A DNA stretch of 64,000 bases from the human T2T-CHM13v2.0 reference genome, Homo sapiens: assembly GCF_009914755.1 (NCBI RefSeq), contig NC_060926.1; one strand, written 5' to 3'. The notes beneath the pieces were generated by a model that worked only from the letters and a program-made list of their open reading frames with translations, ran no database searches and was not told the DNA's origin. The position numbers and the translations under genes were made by a program. This document shows, one piece after another, positions 38,888 through 51,632 of the stretch (position 1 is its first letter; each line of letters opens with the position of its first letter).

Positions 38888-39046
38888 AATTAGGGGATTG
38901 CAAAATTTTTGAATTTTTTTATTTGCAAAATCTATTGAAAATTCTCCTATGAGAGTTGTTTCTAATGCCCTATTTCATTTTATATAAAATAGTCAGAGGC
39001 CACAGGAAAGAGAAGGAAACACATTCTTTTCACTGATGGGCCATCA
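38888..39046 (+). repeat. Short paired duplication 4, copy b (direct)
   Basis: About 93% identical to 37435-37593. Confidence 0.97.
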
Positions 39047-40049
39047 TTTGAAGTGTGGCATCATAAAAAGTGACACATATAAAACAGGAAACATTTTCTT
39101 TTTATTTAAAACTTACAAATATACATTTATCTCCCATGCTTTTGAGGTAGGGCCAAGGTCTGATGCTTGGAGTCCAAGTCACCTTACTTGTACAAGCTGC
39201 ATCCACAATGTGTCATCAGCAACTTCCAATTTTAGTTTCTTAGTGCTGTAAGAATTTAAAGACACTTGGGAAGCCCAGAATCTGTCTAGTTTTTAATGTC
39301 CTGCCCCTGATACATTACAACAGTTTCATTCCTACCTCATTTACTCAAAGCAAAGTAGCTTGCCTTATTGTTTCCAAACAATTCAACTTATTTTCATTTA
39401 AACCACTTTATTTCCTTTTGCATTCATATTGCATTGATTTATATATTCAACAAAATTATGAATTACAAAACAAATGGAACTGACAAAAACTGGTTTGGGA
39501 ATAAACACAAGTGCTCTTGATGAGTTGGATATGAAGCTGGTGGGAGCAGAGGTGTATGGACATTGAAGAGAGAAGCAGAGAGCATTACAAAGCAAGTAGG
39601 AGCTTTTAGCCCTTCCTGCGCATGCCAGTTGGATGTGATCACACATCTTAGACACACTAGAATGTGACTCCTAATATTTGAAAGCTAATACCAGCATGGC
39701 ACTAGACAGCCTCTTTCACTGATCTCCTCCACACACGTGCTCCTGAACCTATATCTTCATCCCTAAGATCAGTTCTTTATATTTTACATTTGGACATCTC
39801 CATTTGTCCCATTTGCCCCTCAAATTCAGTATGTCTGAAAGCAAGCCATTCTCTTCTTTTGAGATAGAGTAGAACATGCTGATTTTGCCCTTAGAATTCC
39901 TTCATCAAAGGAAATATTAAGAAAGGAAGCCAAGATGAGGGCCGAAGGCCCAATCTCCTTCATGCCCTTCCTAGTAACCCCGGGACCCTCTGAGGATCTC
40001 CAGAATTCTTCAGAACACAAATTGAAAACCTCTGGAATAGGTACACAGT

Positions 40050-40250
40050 ATAGGCTTTGGAGCCAGACAGAGCTGAGTTCAAACAATCACTGTGTCACAT
40101 TTTATCTGTGTGAATATAAGCAAATTGGTTATTATCTGAGCCCCAGTTTCCTCAGAAACAAAGTGGGAATAACATAGTTGCCAATAAAAATTGTGAACAT
40201 AAGAAGAAATAGTGCCCAAAAAGCACTTGACATGCTGAGGTGCTCAACAG
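40050..40250 (+). mobile_element. MIR
   Basis: GGCTTTGGAGCCAGACAGAGCTGAGTTCAAA...TCTGAGCCCCAGTTTCCTCA. Confidence 0.7.
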
Positions 40251-40479
40251 TGTCTGCAGATCAGTTCATTGCTTTGTTGGTCTGTTTGTTTAATGATACC
40301 CAGTTCCCAAGGTTTTCAGTCTCAGTTAACACCAACTTTTTCTTCCTCTTGGGCCACAGCCCTCCTACTGTTTCCCTCTAGTCATTTGGAGAGCCTTCGA
40401 TGGAGACAATGCCTTGGATAAGAGCACAAGTCAGTGCCCTTTACCACTTGAGCATAAATGCATTAAGTGCTGCATTTTC

Positions 40480-41110
40480 TATCCCCTTAACATGTAACTC
40501 TTACTTTCACTTCCATTTCATTCCTATTGTTATCACTCTAGTTCATGCCTCCATTGTCCTCTAACTTCCTGCTAATCTGTACCCATGCATTCAGCCTACA
40601 CATTGATGACCAATTACCTTCTTGCATCACAGAACTCATTGGGCCGATGGTGCATGGAGTCCCTCAGTGGTACCCAGGGGTCTACCACATAAAGTCCCTA
40701 TGGCTGAGGTTGGCATTCAAAGTGTTTCAAGTTTTAGCCTCTTGTCTTTGACCACTTTGCCACCCACATCTTTTGTCCAGCCAAAGCGACTCCTCTCCAT
40801 TCTCAGAATACAAAAATCTCATTCTTCCCCAAGTCTGTGACCTTGTCTGAGGCATTCCCTCCCTCGAATGCTCTCCTTCTATACTTCTGGCTAAGTCCTA
40901 CCAAGATTTCAAGCTGAAGTGGCACTCTTTTTTTAAATAATGTTTCATCTTTTCCTATTTTAAACACCCTCCCCTTACTCTGTCCTCCAAAGTTTATTCA
41001 CCTGAATAACTGGTGAATAACAATTCACCAGTCTTCCTGAATTGTTATTGTTTATATGAGATTTTCCCCCTCATGAACCTGGCTTAGAACCTTGCTGTAG
41101 TAAGCTTCAG
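40480..41110 (+). mobile_element. L2 fragment
   Basis: CCCTCAGTGGTACCCAGGGGTCTACCACATAAAGTCC...TGGCATTCAAAG...GAATGCTCTCCTTC. Confidence 0.55.
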
Positions 41111-42329
41111 AAGAGGTATCTTGGGTAAAAACTTTTTGATGGATAAAATCTCGATAGAATAGATAAGATCCATATGAGGAAACAAAAATGAAAGCAGGTA
41201 CCAAGCCTCACCATGGGTTCATAGTGTACTATCTCAGCATCAGTCTCTCAAAAGGGGCATTGTGCCCCTTGAAGTCTTGGTTTTCCTCCTAGGAGGCTGC
41301 ATGTGTAGGCAAGACAGAGATCAATCTAAAGGAAACACAGTTTTCCTTGACTCTATGTTTTGTTACAAGTTTATTCATGTTTTTTGGAGAGAGAAAATCA
41401 AACTTCTATAAATTGCTGCAGTGCTATAACGAAAGAAAATCCACATGCTCTTTCAAGTGTTTCTTGCTGCCATTTTATTTTCTGTCTTCCAAGCTTGGTG
41501 TGAGAGATAATTGGCCACAATTTCTTGAACACATATATTGGAAACTATGACCCCAATAACAATTTCTGATTCATCTGCATTAAAGATTTTCCCCTTTCCA
41601 ATACAACAAATTAAAAATGTTGTACAATCATTCCACATTGTAACTATGGAAAGCCTGGAACATTATATGAGTGGTAGAAAACAAATCAATTGACATTACC
41701 AAATGAGCACAGTCAAAACCCCCTTATCCTTTTTTATTAAGCTGGACAGACTGGCTAATGAAGGTCTGGGGCACTGGGCTCTGACAACTCAAGGAAGCCA
41801 CCATTAGCAAACAAACATCTGCTTGCTTCCCTCTGCGGTCCCTGCCAGCTGCGGCCGAGGCACAGTAAATTAGTCTGCTAATTCTATTGGCTTGTTCCTG
41901 CATTTCTCTAATGTGGAATATTGATCTGTGCTGGGGAGCCTTGGCTTGCAAAGTTCCTAAAGGTGCAAGTGGGCAATGTCTGATATTTTTTAACACCAGG
42001 AAAACCTATGGTATGGGGGAACTGTTGCTGAAGTGGAATGATACCCAATGATGAAAACTGGGAGGAGAAAAGCTAAGGTTGAAAACAATTCAGTTCATTG
42101 AGCGAGTCTCCTTTAAAGGTAAAACAGTGGGAATCACATAAGAAAATGATCACCCTTTTAGTCGTTAGTGGAAGGCAGGATGATTTTGACCCATTTTAAA
42201 GGATGGTGGAAATGAAATAGGAAAATATAGTCTATCTTTATTGATTATTTGATGTTGAAATTCTACTCAAAAGAAAAAAATAAAACCTCTATAACAGATA
42301 CCTGTCTTGATTTTTAGAGGCACCAGGGT

Positions 42330-42490
42330 ATATTGGCTGAGATCTCAGATTCAAGGATCCCCTACTACCTTAGTAGTGTGATGTACGTAAGGTTGTTTCC
42401 TCATCTCTAAATGGCAATGATAACACATAGACTTGTGAGAATGAAATTTTGCCTGGAGATCACCTATCACAGCCCCAGGCACATTGTTGG
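42330..42490 (+). mobile_element. MIR
   Basis: GTTTCCTCATCTCTAAATGGCAATGATAA...TTGTGAGAATGAAAT. Confidence 0.55.
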
Positions 42491-43169
42491 ATTAACTTTC
42501 AGGGCACTATATTTTTCATACAGAAATCTTATAGACAGTGGATGTACTCCTCTGCAGATTTGTTTGAGAAAAACAGAATAGGTGTTTGAAACCGGTTCTC
42601 CACTGAGAAGATATCACCCACCAGTACCCTACAGAGTTTACTAAGCACCGACTTCTCTGGCTGGATGGGGTATGAGAAAGTATACCCTGAAGGAAATTAA
42701 CCCACATATGTAAGGCCAGTGGCAATAATACAATCAGGCATTCAGAAGTTATCAGATTGCTTACAAAGTGTGAGGGGCTTTACATGAGCTCCTGCTCCCC
42801 GCCCCACTCTTAAACCTCCTTCCCTAATTTAATAGCTATTGAATTTCAAAGAATTATTCTGTGTGTCTTTCTGGTTATTTTAAATCCTACTGCTGTCCCT
42901 GGCAGAATGGGATGTGGAAACAAAATTCAGGTTATCTTTCAAAAATAAAGCTGACATTGATCTCAAGCAGATATTCAGGTGGGATGTCCTCACCTCTAAG
43001 GACAGCTGGCTTCTGTTCAGTGTGGTTTTTCTGTAAGGTAACCAAAACTTCAGAACACTGAAAATTGTGGGGCATCTCAGAAGGTTTAGTAGAACCTCAG
43101 CTCCCTCCTTTCTGAGTTCTTAACTATTGACTTTAAAATAAATGTTTTGGGAACTACCTTTTTGTTATG

Positions 43170-43345
43170 TGGGGGAAAAGCCCTGTGTGAGGCACTAATT
43201 TAATCCACACAACACTCCAAGATAGATACTATTATGCCTATTGTATGGTAGGGACAGTAAAGCTCAGAGAAATTAATGCATCCAATTGTCTAAGAATTCA
43301 CAGCTAGTAAAGTAGTAGAACTGAAATGGGATACATACATGTCCA
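43170..43345 (-). mobile_element. MIR
   Basis: TTTAATCCACACAACACTCCAAGATAGATACTATTATGCC...AAGCTCAGAGAAATTAA...CACAGCTAGTAAAGTAGTAGAACTG. Confidence 0.65.
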
Positions 43346-43395
43346 TTTGATTTCAAAAACTATCCTAAATTGCCTACACTATAACATATATTACA

Positions 43396-43473
43396 ATAAA
43401 TGAACCTTATGAAATTGCTAAAGTTCAACCAATTTTGACCTACAAAATGGCAGTTTCATATACTACAACCAAA
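43396..43473. mobile_element. MADE2 (mariner-derived ~80-bp MITE)
   Basis: TGAACCTTATGAAATTGC...TTTTGACCTACAAAATGGCAGTTTCATATACTACAACC matches the recalled MADE2 palindrome. Confidence 0.75.
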
Positions 43474-44563
43474 TGCTTCATTTGACCATGGCATATGTTT
43501 CATTTGACTTACAGTATTGATCGAAACTTTTTGTATTGATATTACATATCCAAAAAGGAATGCAATTAAATGTATTTGAAGACTTTAGTTCCATTCTTCT
43601 CATTTTTCTGCTGCAAAATACCAGAGGAATCTGACTGATCCTATGTCAATGATTCATACATTACTTGACGTTTCCCAATAATTTTGTAATTAATCTTTGT
43701 ATTTTTTTATCAGTTTCATTGTGACCTGACCAACTGAGCTTACAATTGTGTTTCCCTCTTGGCTGCTGAACTTCAACACATTTTGCCATTATGACTTTTA
43801 TATTACTTTTCATTTCTTTCTATTCTCAGTTCAGCAATATTGCTGGAGTAATTATTGTTCTTTATACCTTCCAAACATGAGTATATTTTTAAAAACATAA
43901 ATTAGATGAAACTGTATTAAATTCTCTGGGATCTAGAACATATTCTCAAGGGGGATGAAATCCACTAAAATTATATGTACCTAAGATACGCTGGTAATAT
44001 TTTGCTAGAAAAATTCTTTGTTAGCATAAAATGGTAAAATATATTACATACAGTATATACATATATAGATAGATGTTTGAACATGTAAACAATTTATTTA
44101 ATAATATTTATTATCTATGTTTCAAACTTACTAATTAATGTGTTGGCTTTCTAAGCTTTTCTCCTTTCTTCCCCAATAATTCTGAATCTACCTTTGTCAC
44201 TATGATTAGGTAGTCCTTTATAAAAACATTTCACCATTCTGCCCCCATGTCTTCACTTTACATTTTCTTCTATGAACCTTTTGCCCTTGTTTTCTGTCAA
44301 CTCTTTTGAAAGACATATTTTCTCAACTTACAGTTTTAAAGACATTCATAAGATGAATTCAGTTACCTTTTATCCCATTCTCCTTTTGTCCAAGGAGAAT
44401 GTTGAAGAAATAACATTTTTTCAGTTGCTTAGCATTTTTTATTTCTGGAGAGAACTTTCACTGTTGTTATCATTTGACTTGAAAATGACATGTATATTAT
44501 CCATGTGTCTGTAGGCATTTTTTAATTTTAATAATTTTGTAGATATATTTATATGTATTTTAA

Positions 44564-44965
<402 letters not shown>

Positions 44966-47791
44966 TGAAACTGCTCATATGGACATTCTCTGTCATGTTT
45001 TTCTTGCCAAGGACAGCACAAGAGAATCCAATGCTCTTTTTAGCTATGATACCTTGGAACTAAACTTACTCTGACAAATGCAAACATTTTCCTGCACTGA
45101 CAAAGGCCTTCACTAGTGAGTGGCGTGCTGGCCACATTGTCAGGAAGGCTTACCTTAGAAGCTATAAATTTATAAGAGGTCTGACAAAGCTGGGATGTTT
45201 TCAGGTGGTCTTCCTTAAGATCATTTAGATTTAAATATTTGAAAAGAACCCTCTAGAGACCACCTTTTTAAGAAAAAGCTCATCTAACGATGAAGATGGG
45301 GCCAGAGAACTCTCAAAGCTGCCACCACTGCTGCAACCATTTAACATCCTGTTTTCATCTTTCTCCTCCAGCAGCCACCTCAGTAGTCCCAAGGCGTGTT
45401 CCTGCACACTTACCGCAGGATGCCATAGCTATTTCCTTATTTTGTGTAGCTATTTTTATGAGGTTGTAGACAATGTGCACGCTGGTTTGTGAAGGGTTAA
45501 CACTCAGTTGTGCTGTTGTTGTGCCCTTAGTCACAATATGTTTCCTTTGAAGCAAGGGTGCAGTGTTTCAAATGACAATCGGTATAATTCTGTGCAGATT
45601 TTTCCTGATTAATGGACAGGAATTTTCAGTCGAATCTTTAAATGAGTTAGGACAGTGTAAGAGATGGATATAATCCTTACATTTTTTCATTAATAGACAT
45701 TTCAAATTTGAAAAACTAGGCATTGTATACATATCTGATTTATTGCTGTATGTGTTTCTTGAGTCATAAAGCTGCTGCAAAAGTTATATAATGCTTGCAA
45801 AAAAAATAGCGTGGTCTCTTTGTGAAGCTGAATGAAATAAAGTATAAAGTTTGTGATACATTAAATCACAAACATAAATATGTACTTTATGGCCAGCTGT
45901 TATTTCTAAATGTGCACATTTTAAAATAGAAACATTTACCCAACATGCTGATTAGCAATTTCCCAGTTCCAAAAGCCCAATTGCATTTAAGATGCAAAAG
46001 ATTAAAATGCCTAAATAGATAAAGTTAATAGTTCATCTTCCTAAATGCTTTTATATGTTTTAAGTCTTACAGTTCCTTCCAACCCAGTAGTCTCAAGGCT
46101 GGAGCTACTTTGATGTGGATTTGTGTTTTATGCACATGTTCTCATTGGAACTGAATCTCACTGCATCTCAGACACCCAGAAAAATATTCTGCACATGAAG
46201 GGACGAAGGGACACCATGTGGCTCCATACTACTTCATGCTGTGCATGCGGGTTCTCAGAGAAAGTGAACTGTTTTTCCATTTTAATTTCTCAAATATTCA
46301 ACCTTCATTTTGGCTAAAAATCATCTCAGTTGCTAATGTTCCATCTCTCAATTTTACTCCTCCCCTGCATAAAAACTGGTCAAGGAGAACATGCAAGATT
46401 ATGTTGATTCTAAAATACAGTTCCCCCAGGAGACCTTATTGGCTCGTCCATATAGCATTTCTGTCTTTGTAGGTAGAGCAGAATTTGTAAATGCCTCCAG
46501 TCCTTTAGGACACATTGGCAATTGGCAGTTCAAAAGTTCATATGATGCCATATGTCTGAATAATTTTTATCTACATCTAAAACAATACAGGACTGTCAAA
46601 TAAAATCCTGCATGCAAACAAATGATGGAATGCAGGGGAACTCTCTGCTTTAGCCTTTTCTTCTTTGTCCGACAAGCTAATGCAATAAGGCCAATAATAA
46701 AAGGTTGTGTATTAGGCCTAAAGCCTGTGACAGATAAAAAGAAATGTTGGAAACCAATGAAGCTTTTGCACAATTAGATTTTTTGAGGCTGTGCTGTAAG
46801 GATTGCCCAGAGCCTGTTCAGTCCTGATTGATGGTAAAATCATAACTACATCATATTAGCTGTAGAGTTCACTGACAGGTTACTACAGATTAATATTGCC
46901 ACTGCTGTTCACTTACCATCAAACCAGGGGAAATATGAATTGAGCTGTTCTTCTAACAAACCCCGCATATTAAAAGGTAAGGTGTTCTACTGAACAATCT
47001 CCCCCTGTCACTGAGGAAAGACACAAACAATGTCTATTTGAGAGATATGCAGATACCTTGCAGCATACTAATTAGTTCTCTGCTAAAACAGCCCCATCAC
47101 ATCCGGCTGGCTAACGACCCTTCATGTGAGCTTGTTCCTTCAGAGCTCTTGGCTACAGGATTGCAAACAACATCCTAAAACGTGGAGCTGCAAACCTTGG
47201 TGATTTAAATGCTCGCTGCCAGGCAAATTGCGGTGACATAAATTTGGCCCATGTGTTTTGCATCATGTGAATACGAAACAGGGGGATGCCATGGAGCCGA
47301 GTTTTGTTTGCACTGGACTCTGGAGGTTTGGTGGACTATTTTCAGAGATGCTATTCATGACAAGGGAGGAGGATCTTTTGCTTTACTTTAAAAATGTTGA
47401 AAATGCAAGAAGTAAGCATGTTGCTCTCCTAAATTAGATCGTGCTGATAATAATGACATCCTAAGATGAAAGCATTTTATCTTTTTGCCACCCGAAGCCT
47501 TGGATAAAAATTCAACAGTAAAACGAAAACAGGGCTCACTATACAGTATATGAAATGGAATGATTCTTCCTGATTAGGATATGTCAATAAGGAAGCACTG
47601 GAGTAAGAGAGGTATTTCACGTCCTGCCTGTTGTGATGACAAGAGCCCCGGCCTGGCATCAGGCAGGAGGCCTGAAGCTTTGGCCTCTTGGTCAAGGTGC
47701 TTGTCCTCTCAAGACTTGGAATGTGTGTGCGGGGGTTGAACTAGGGAATCTCCAAGCTCTCTTTCAGCACTATTATCCCATGTTGCTGGCC

Positions 47792-47933
47792 CCAGTGTTT
47801 TGTATGCTAGGCCATGTGTCTTTACATGGGGCTGTTGGATTTCAGCATCAGCATTCCCTGGGTAGCTGGTTAAAGATGCGGAGTCTGGCCCCACCCCATG
47901 TGGTTCAGGTGACGTTCAGTTTAAGAACCACTG
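47792..47933. mobile_element. MER5-family MITE (MER5B-like), internally deleted
   Basis: CAGCATCAGCATTCCCTGGGTAGCTGGTTAAAGATGC...GGCCCCACCCCA...AGTTTAAGAACCACTG. Confidence 0.6.
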
Positions 47934-48129
47934 TCATGAGGGATGGCAGTGACTTGCCTAAAGTCATTATAGACTTTATCATTGTTTAAAAAAGAATGTG
48001 CAAAGAGCTAGACAGTCAGCCAGAGACTGGGGAAGAAGATAATAATATCTTCCTATAGATTTAAAGAGAATTGTTAATCTATTATTTAAATTTACATTAT
48101 TTATTTATTTGAAGAGAAAATGATGACCC

Positions 48130-49100
48130 TGGCAACAGTAAACCATAAGCTTCATCACATTAGTGGACAGATGATAGACTAGGAGAAGATGTTTGCAATG
48201 CTTAAAACCGACTTTGACAAAAAAAAAAAACCTGACACAATTAATATCTAGAATCTATAAAAAGCTCCTGCAAATTGACCAGAAATAAACAGGAAACACC
48301 ATAGAAATATATGCAAACAGTATGAAGCTCAAATGATGAACTGGTGTTGGATGGGGTGTTCAAATTCATTGATAAGCAGAACAATTGGCTACTCTAGACA
48401 CATGAGAACATCAGAGTTTAGAAAACTGAATAATGCCAAGTGTTTGCAAGGATGAGGGGTTGTGAAAACTCTTTCGTTATTGAGGGAAGAGGAAATGAGT
48501 ATGATTATTTCAGAAAGCAACCTGACAATCTTGATGAAATTAAGTATGAGTATGTCATAAGACTAAGGTGACAAGAGGCCCTTTCTTACTCAGGGTAGCA
48601 GGGAAAGTCTGAGGTTCTGACATAATTATTAATAGTGCCGTTTTCATTTTCCAGGATGTTCTTGGGAAAATAAATTATATAGTCACCCTACTACTGCAAT
48701 CCCACTTCTGAACACATATCCCAGAGAAATTTTCACAAAGGGATCATATATGCCAATGTCTTTTTAGCATTATTTGTGATAATGGGGAATCAAACTTGAT
48801 GCCTTCTACCAGGGGAATGGATCAGTACACTGGGTTGTCGCAGTCTGGAATACCGTGCAGCTGGTGGAGGCAATATTTTTTATGTAAATATGGCAATATG
48901 GGTAAATTTTTAAAGCAAAATTATGAGTGATAAAGAGAGAATGATATTTAAAATTCCATTTGTCTAAATTTTAAAAACAAATATAAAAATTTGTTGAGTA
49001 CAAAAACAGTAGATATATGAAAATATATGCACACATCAAAATATTAAATTGACTGTTATGAGGGTGAGAAGAATGGGGATGAGGATCTGAGTGAGGAGGA
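48130..49100 (+). mobile_element. Ancient L1M (L1ME-like) 3' region
   Basis: AGACTAGGAGAAGATGTTTGCAATG, TTAATATCTAGAATCTATAAAAAGCTCCTGCAAAT, GCAATCCCACTTCTGAACACATATCCCAGAGAAAT. Confidence 0.7.
48563..48690 (-). mobile_element. MER94 (hAT-Blackjack) nested in L1M
   Basis: TAAGGTGAC...CATAATTATTAATAGTGCC...ATAAATTATATAGTCACCCTA. Confidence 0.65.
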
Positions 49101-49399
49101 AAAAAATAATGAAATATGAGAAGGATTTTTTGTGGAGTTATGTGATGATATGCTATACAAAGAGGTGTAGGATTATTATAGACCTCTGCCCTTGAGGTCA
49201 AAAATGAAGGATAAAAGAGTGACTGTAATCTTAATTTCTGTCTCTGGAAAAGTAATGGAAAAATTTTCCTTCAAATCAAATACGATTGTTAGCAGGAAAC
49301 AATAATTCATAGATAAGAAGGCTTTTGAGTCTGTCCTGTATAACCTATTTGCCAGGAAGATGGAAACTATTGTCCAGATAATTCTACTGTCTAGTAATC

Positions 49400-49940
49400 T
49401 CCTGACTGATAACAGCCTCTGGCATTATCAATGAGTGACACAGATTTCACAGCAAAGAGTGTAGCAAATAGTATTTGCAAGGTATATGTTTGTAACTGTC
49501 TCCTACAACTTTCAATGGATTCCCCATTTCCTATAAGATAAAGTTCAAACTCCTCAGCTTGGCAACAAGGACCAATGTCTACCATCTGACATGAAATATC
49601 CTCTCCCATTTAATCTCCTAATTTCCCTACACCGATCCTTTGCTTTCCTGAAATGGTCCCTTGTCTTGTCACACCATGTGTCCTGCCTCATATGCCCTTC
49701 TATTCCTCCTCTTGTCTTAGTCTTACTCACTTCCAGGACTAGTTAGAAGTATAGACCTTCTATAAATCCTTCCTTTTCCAACTCGGACCTGCGTGACTTT
49801 GACTTTCTCCTTCATGCAGCTGTTGCAGTGCTACTTGAAATTATAATGATCTTTTCATGTATGTGCTTTCTCTTCAGGGGCTTTGTTATATACTCTCAAC
49901 TCTGTCTTACAAATAGTCCTAAGCCTTTTAAAAAGTATTT
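49400..49940 (+). mobile_element. L2 fragment
   Basis: CTTTCAATGGATTCCCCATTTCCTATAAGATAAAGTTCAAACTCCTCAGCTTGGCAACAAGG. Confidence 0.65.
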
Positions 49941-50222
49941 TTGAACACACATTTATTGACCCCCTCCTCCCCCTGATACTACAGGAAGATAACAGTGATT
50001 CCTGGAATACTGTCCCTGACTTCAAAGGAGCTTATAGTCCATGGGGGGATATGTCAATACCCAGAGAGAACTGAGAAATAAGAAAGTAAAAAACATCAGG
50101 AGGTTATGTTAGGAGCTAGGCTAGAGTTGGGGAGAATGATGGGTGGAGGCTGCGTGTGAGTCTCAGCAGCCTCCCCACTCCCGTTTCAGACGGGACCTTC
50201 ACCTTTTGTGCACACTGCTTTA

Positions 50223-50690
50223 TTTTTATTTTTATTTTTATTATACTTTAAGTTCTAGGGTACATGTGCACAAGGTGCAGGTTTGTTACATATGTATCCA
50301 TGTGCCATGTTGGTGTGCTGCACCTATTAACTCATCATTTATATTAGTTATATCTCCTAATGCTATCCCTCCCCTCTCCGCCCACCCACAACAGGCCCCG
50401 GTGTGTGATGTTCCCCTTCCTGTGTTCAGGTGTTCTCATTGTTCAATTCCCACCTATGAGTGAGAACATGCAGTGTTTGGTTTTCTGTCCTTGCGATAGT
50501 TTGCTGAGAATGATGGTTTCCAGCTTCGTCCATGTTCCTACAAAGGACATAAACTCATCCTTTTTTATGGCTGCATAGTATTCCATGGTGTATATGTGCC
50601 ACATTTTCTTAATCCAGTCTATCATTGATGGGCATTTGGGTTGGTTCCAAGTCTTTGCTATTGTGAATAGTGCCACAATAAACATATGTG
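50223..50690 (-). mobile_element. 5'-truncated primate L1 (L1PA4-6-like): ORF2 C-terminus plus 3' UTR
   Basis: Translates ...MFIVALFTIAKTWNQPKCPSMIDWIKKMWHIYTMEYYAAIKKDEFMSFVGTW...; perfect 17-bp TSD TTGTGCACACTGCTTTA at 50206-50222 and 50691-50707. Confidence 0.97.
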
Positions 50691-50984
50691 TTGTGCACAC
50701 TGCTTTAAATCCAGACTGGCCTATCACTTTATTGCTCAGGATAGTTAGACACAAAGAAGTTCTTCCAGAAGGTCTGCTGGTGATAGTGACTATCATATCA
50801 TAAAATAATTTCCCCAATACACAGCCAACACTCCTTTTTTCTGCCTGGTGTATTCTAGGGATAAAATAGTTGTTGAGTGAATCTGAACTTTGCTGAGGGA
50901 AGTGTTAGCTGATAACTGAAAACGGGAAGTTGTATCCTTAACTGATTCAGTATCATTGCCCTGAATCCCATGGTAGGAAAATTT

Positions 50985-51479
50985 GTCATTGGGTTGTGTT
51001 GCTGTGTAAGATGGGAAGATAGTAAGTAATTTAAGAATCTCTTACATAAGATGTTTGGGATGGGAATTTCATAGATGATTTTGTGATTTAATCAGGTTAT
51101 TGGGGACCCAGGGTCTTTCTCCATTTCTACTTCCCCATGCTCAGCATGTTTTCTTTTCATCCTCAGACTTACTGCATCTTGGACATAAGATGGACACCAT
51201 AGTCCTAGACTTCACACAGTCACAAAGTTGTGTTCAAAGGCAGGGTGGTAAAGAAGGCTTCTTTCCAAGATCACTCTCTGCTTGTCAGAGAAGGACATAT
51301 ATCCCAGAAGCCTCTGGGGCTTCTGCTTACATCATATGGACCAGAACTGGGTCCCATGGCCATAACACACCACAAAGGGTGTTGGCTGTTTTAGTGCTAT
51401 AATAGGAGGCAGTCTTGTTAGTATGGAAGAAAGGGGAGGGGACTTGTGGTAGAGTAGGCAACCAACAGAGTTTTCCACA
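50985..51479 (-). mobile_element. MaLR solo LTR (MLT1J-like)
   Basis: GGGACCCAGGGTCTTTC...CATAAGATGGAC...TGGACCAGAACTGGGTCCCATGGCCA...GTAGGCAACCAACAGAGTTTTCCACA. Confidence 0.65.
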
Positions 51480-51632
51480 GGACACAAATATATTGGGTAT
51501 CCAAGAAATGGTGAACCTTTTCTGCAATTTCATGCCACCATCTTGTGGATTAAAATCATGTTCGTGTGGACAGGTTCTCACCATGTCAGACCTGGAGTCA
51601 AGCTTCTTTTTTGCTGGGCAATGAGGAGTTTC

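Noticed and set aside
43396-43473. Hairpin as a possible miRNA
   Set aside because: Explained by the MADE2 terminal inverted repeats, and the arms are degenerate
50443-50817. 124-aa ORF with real protein similarity
   Set aside because: It is the L1 ORF2 C-terminus read in from flanking DNA; a truncated, non-autonomous insertion
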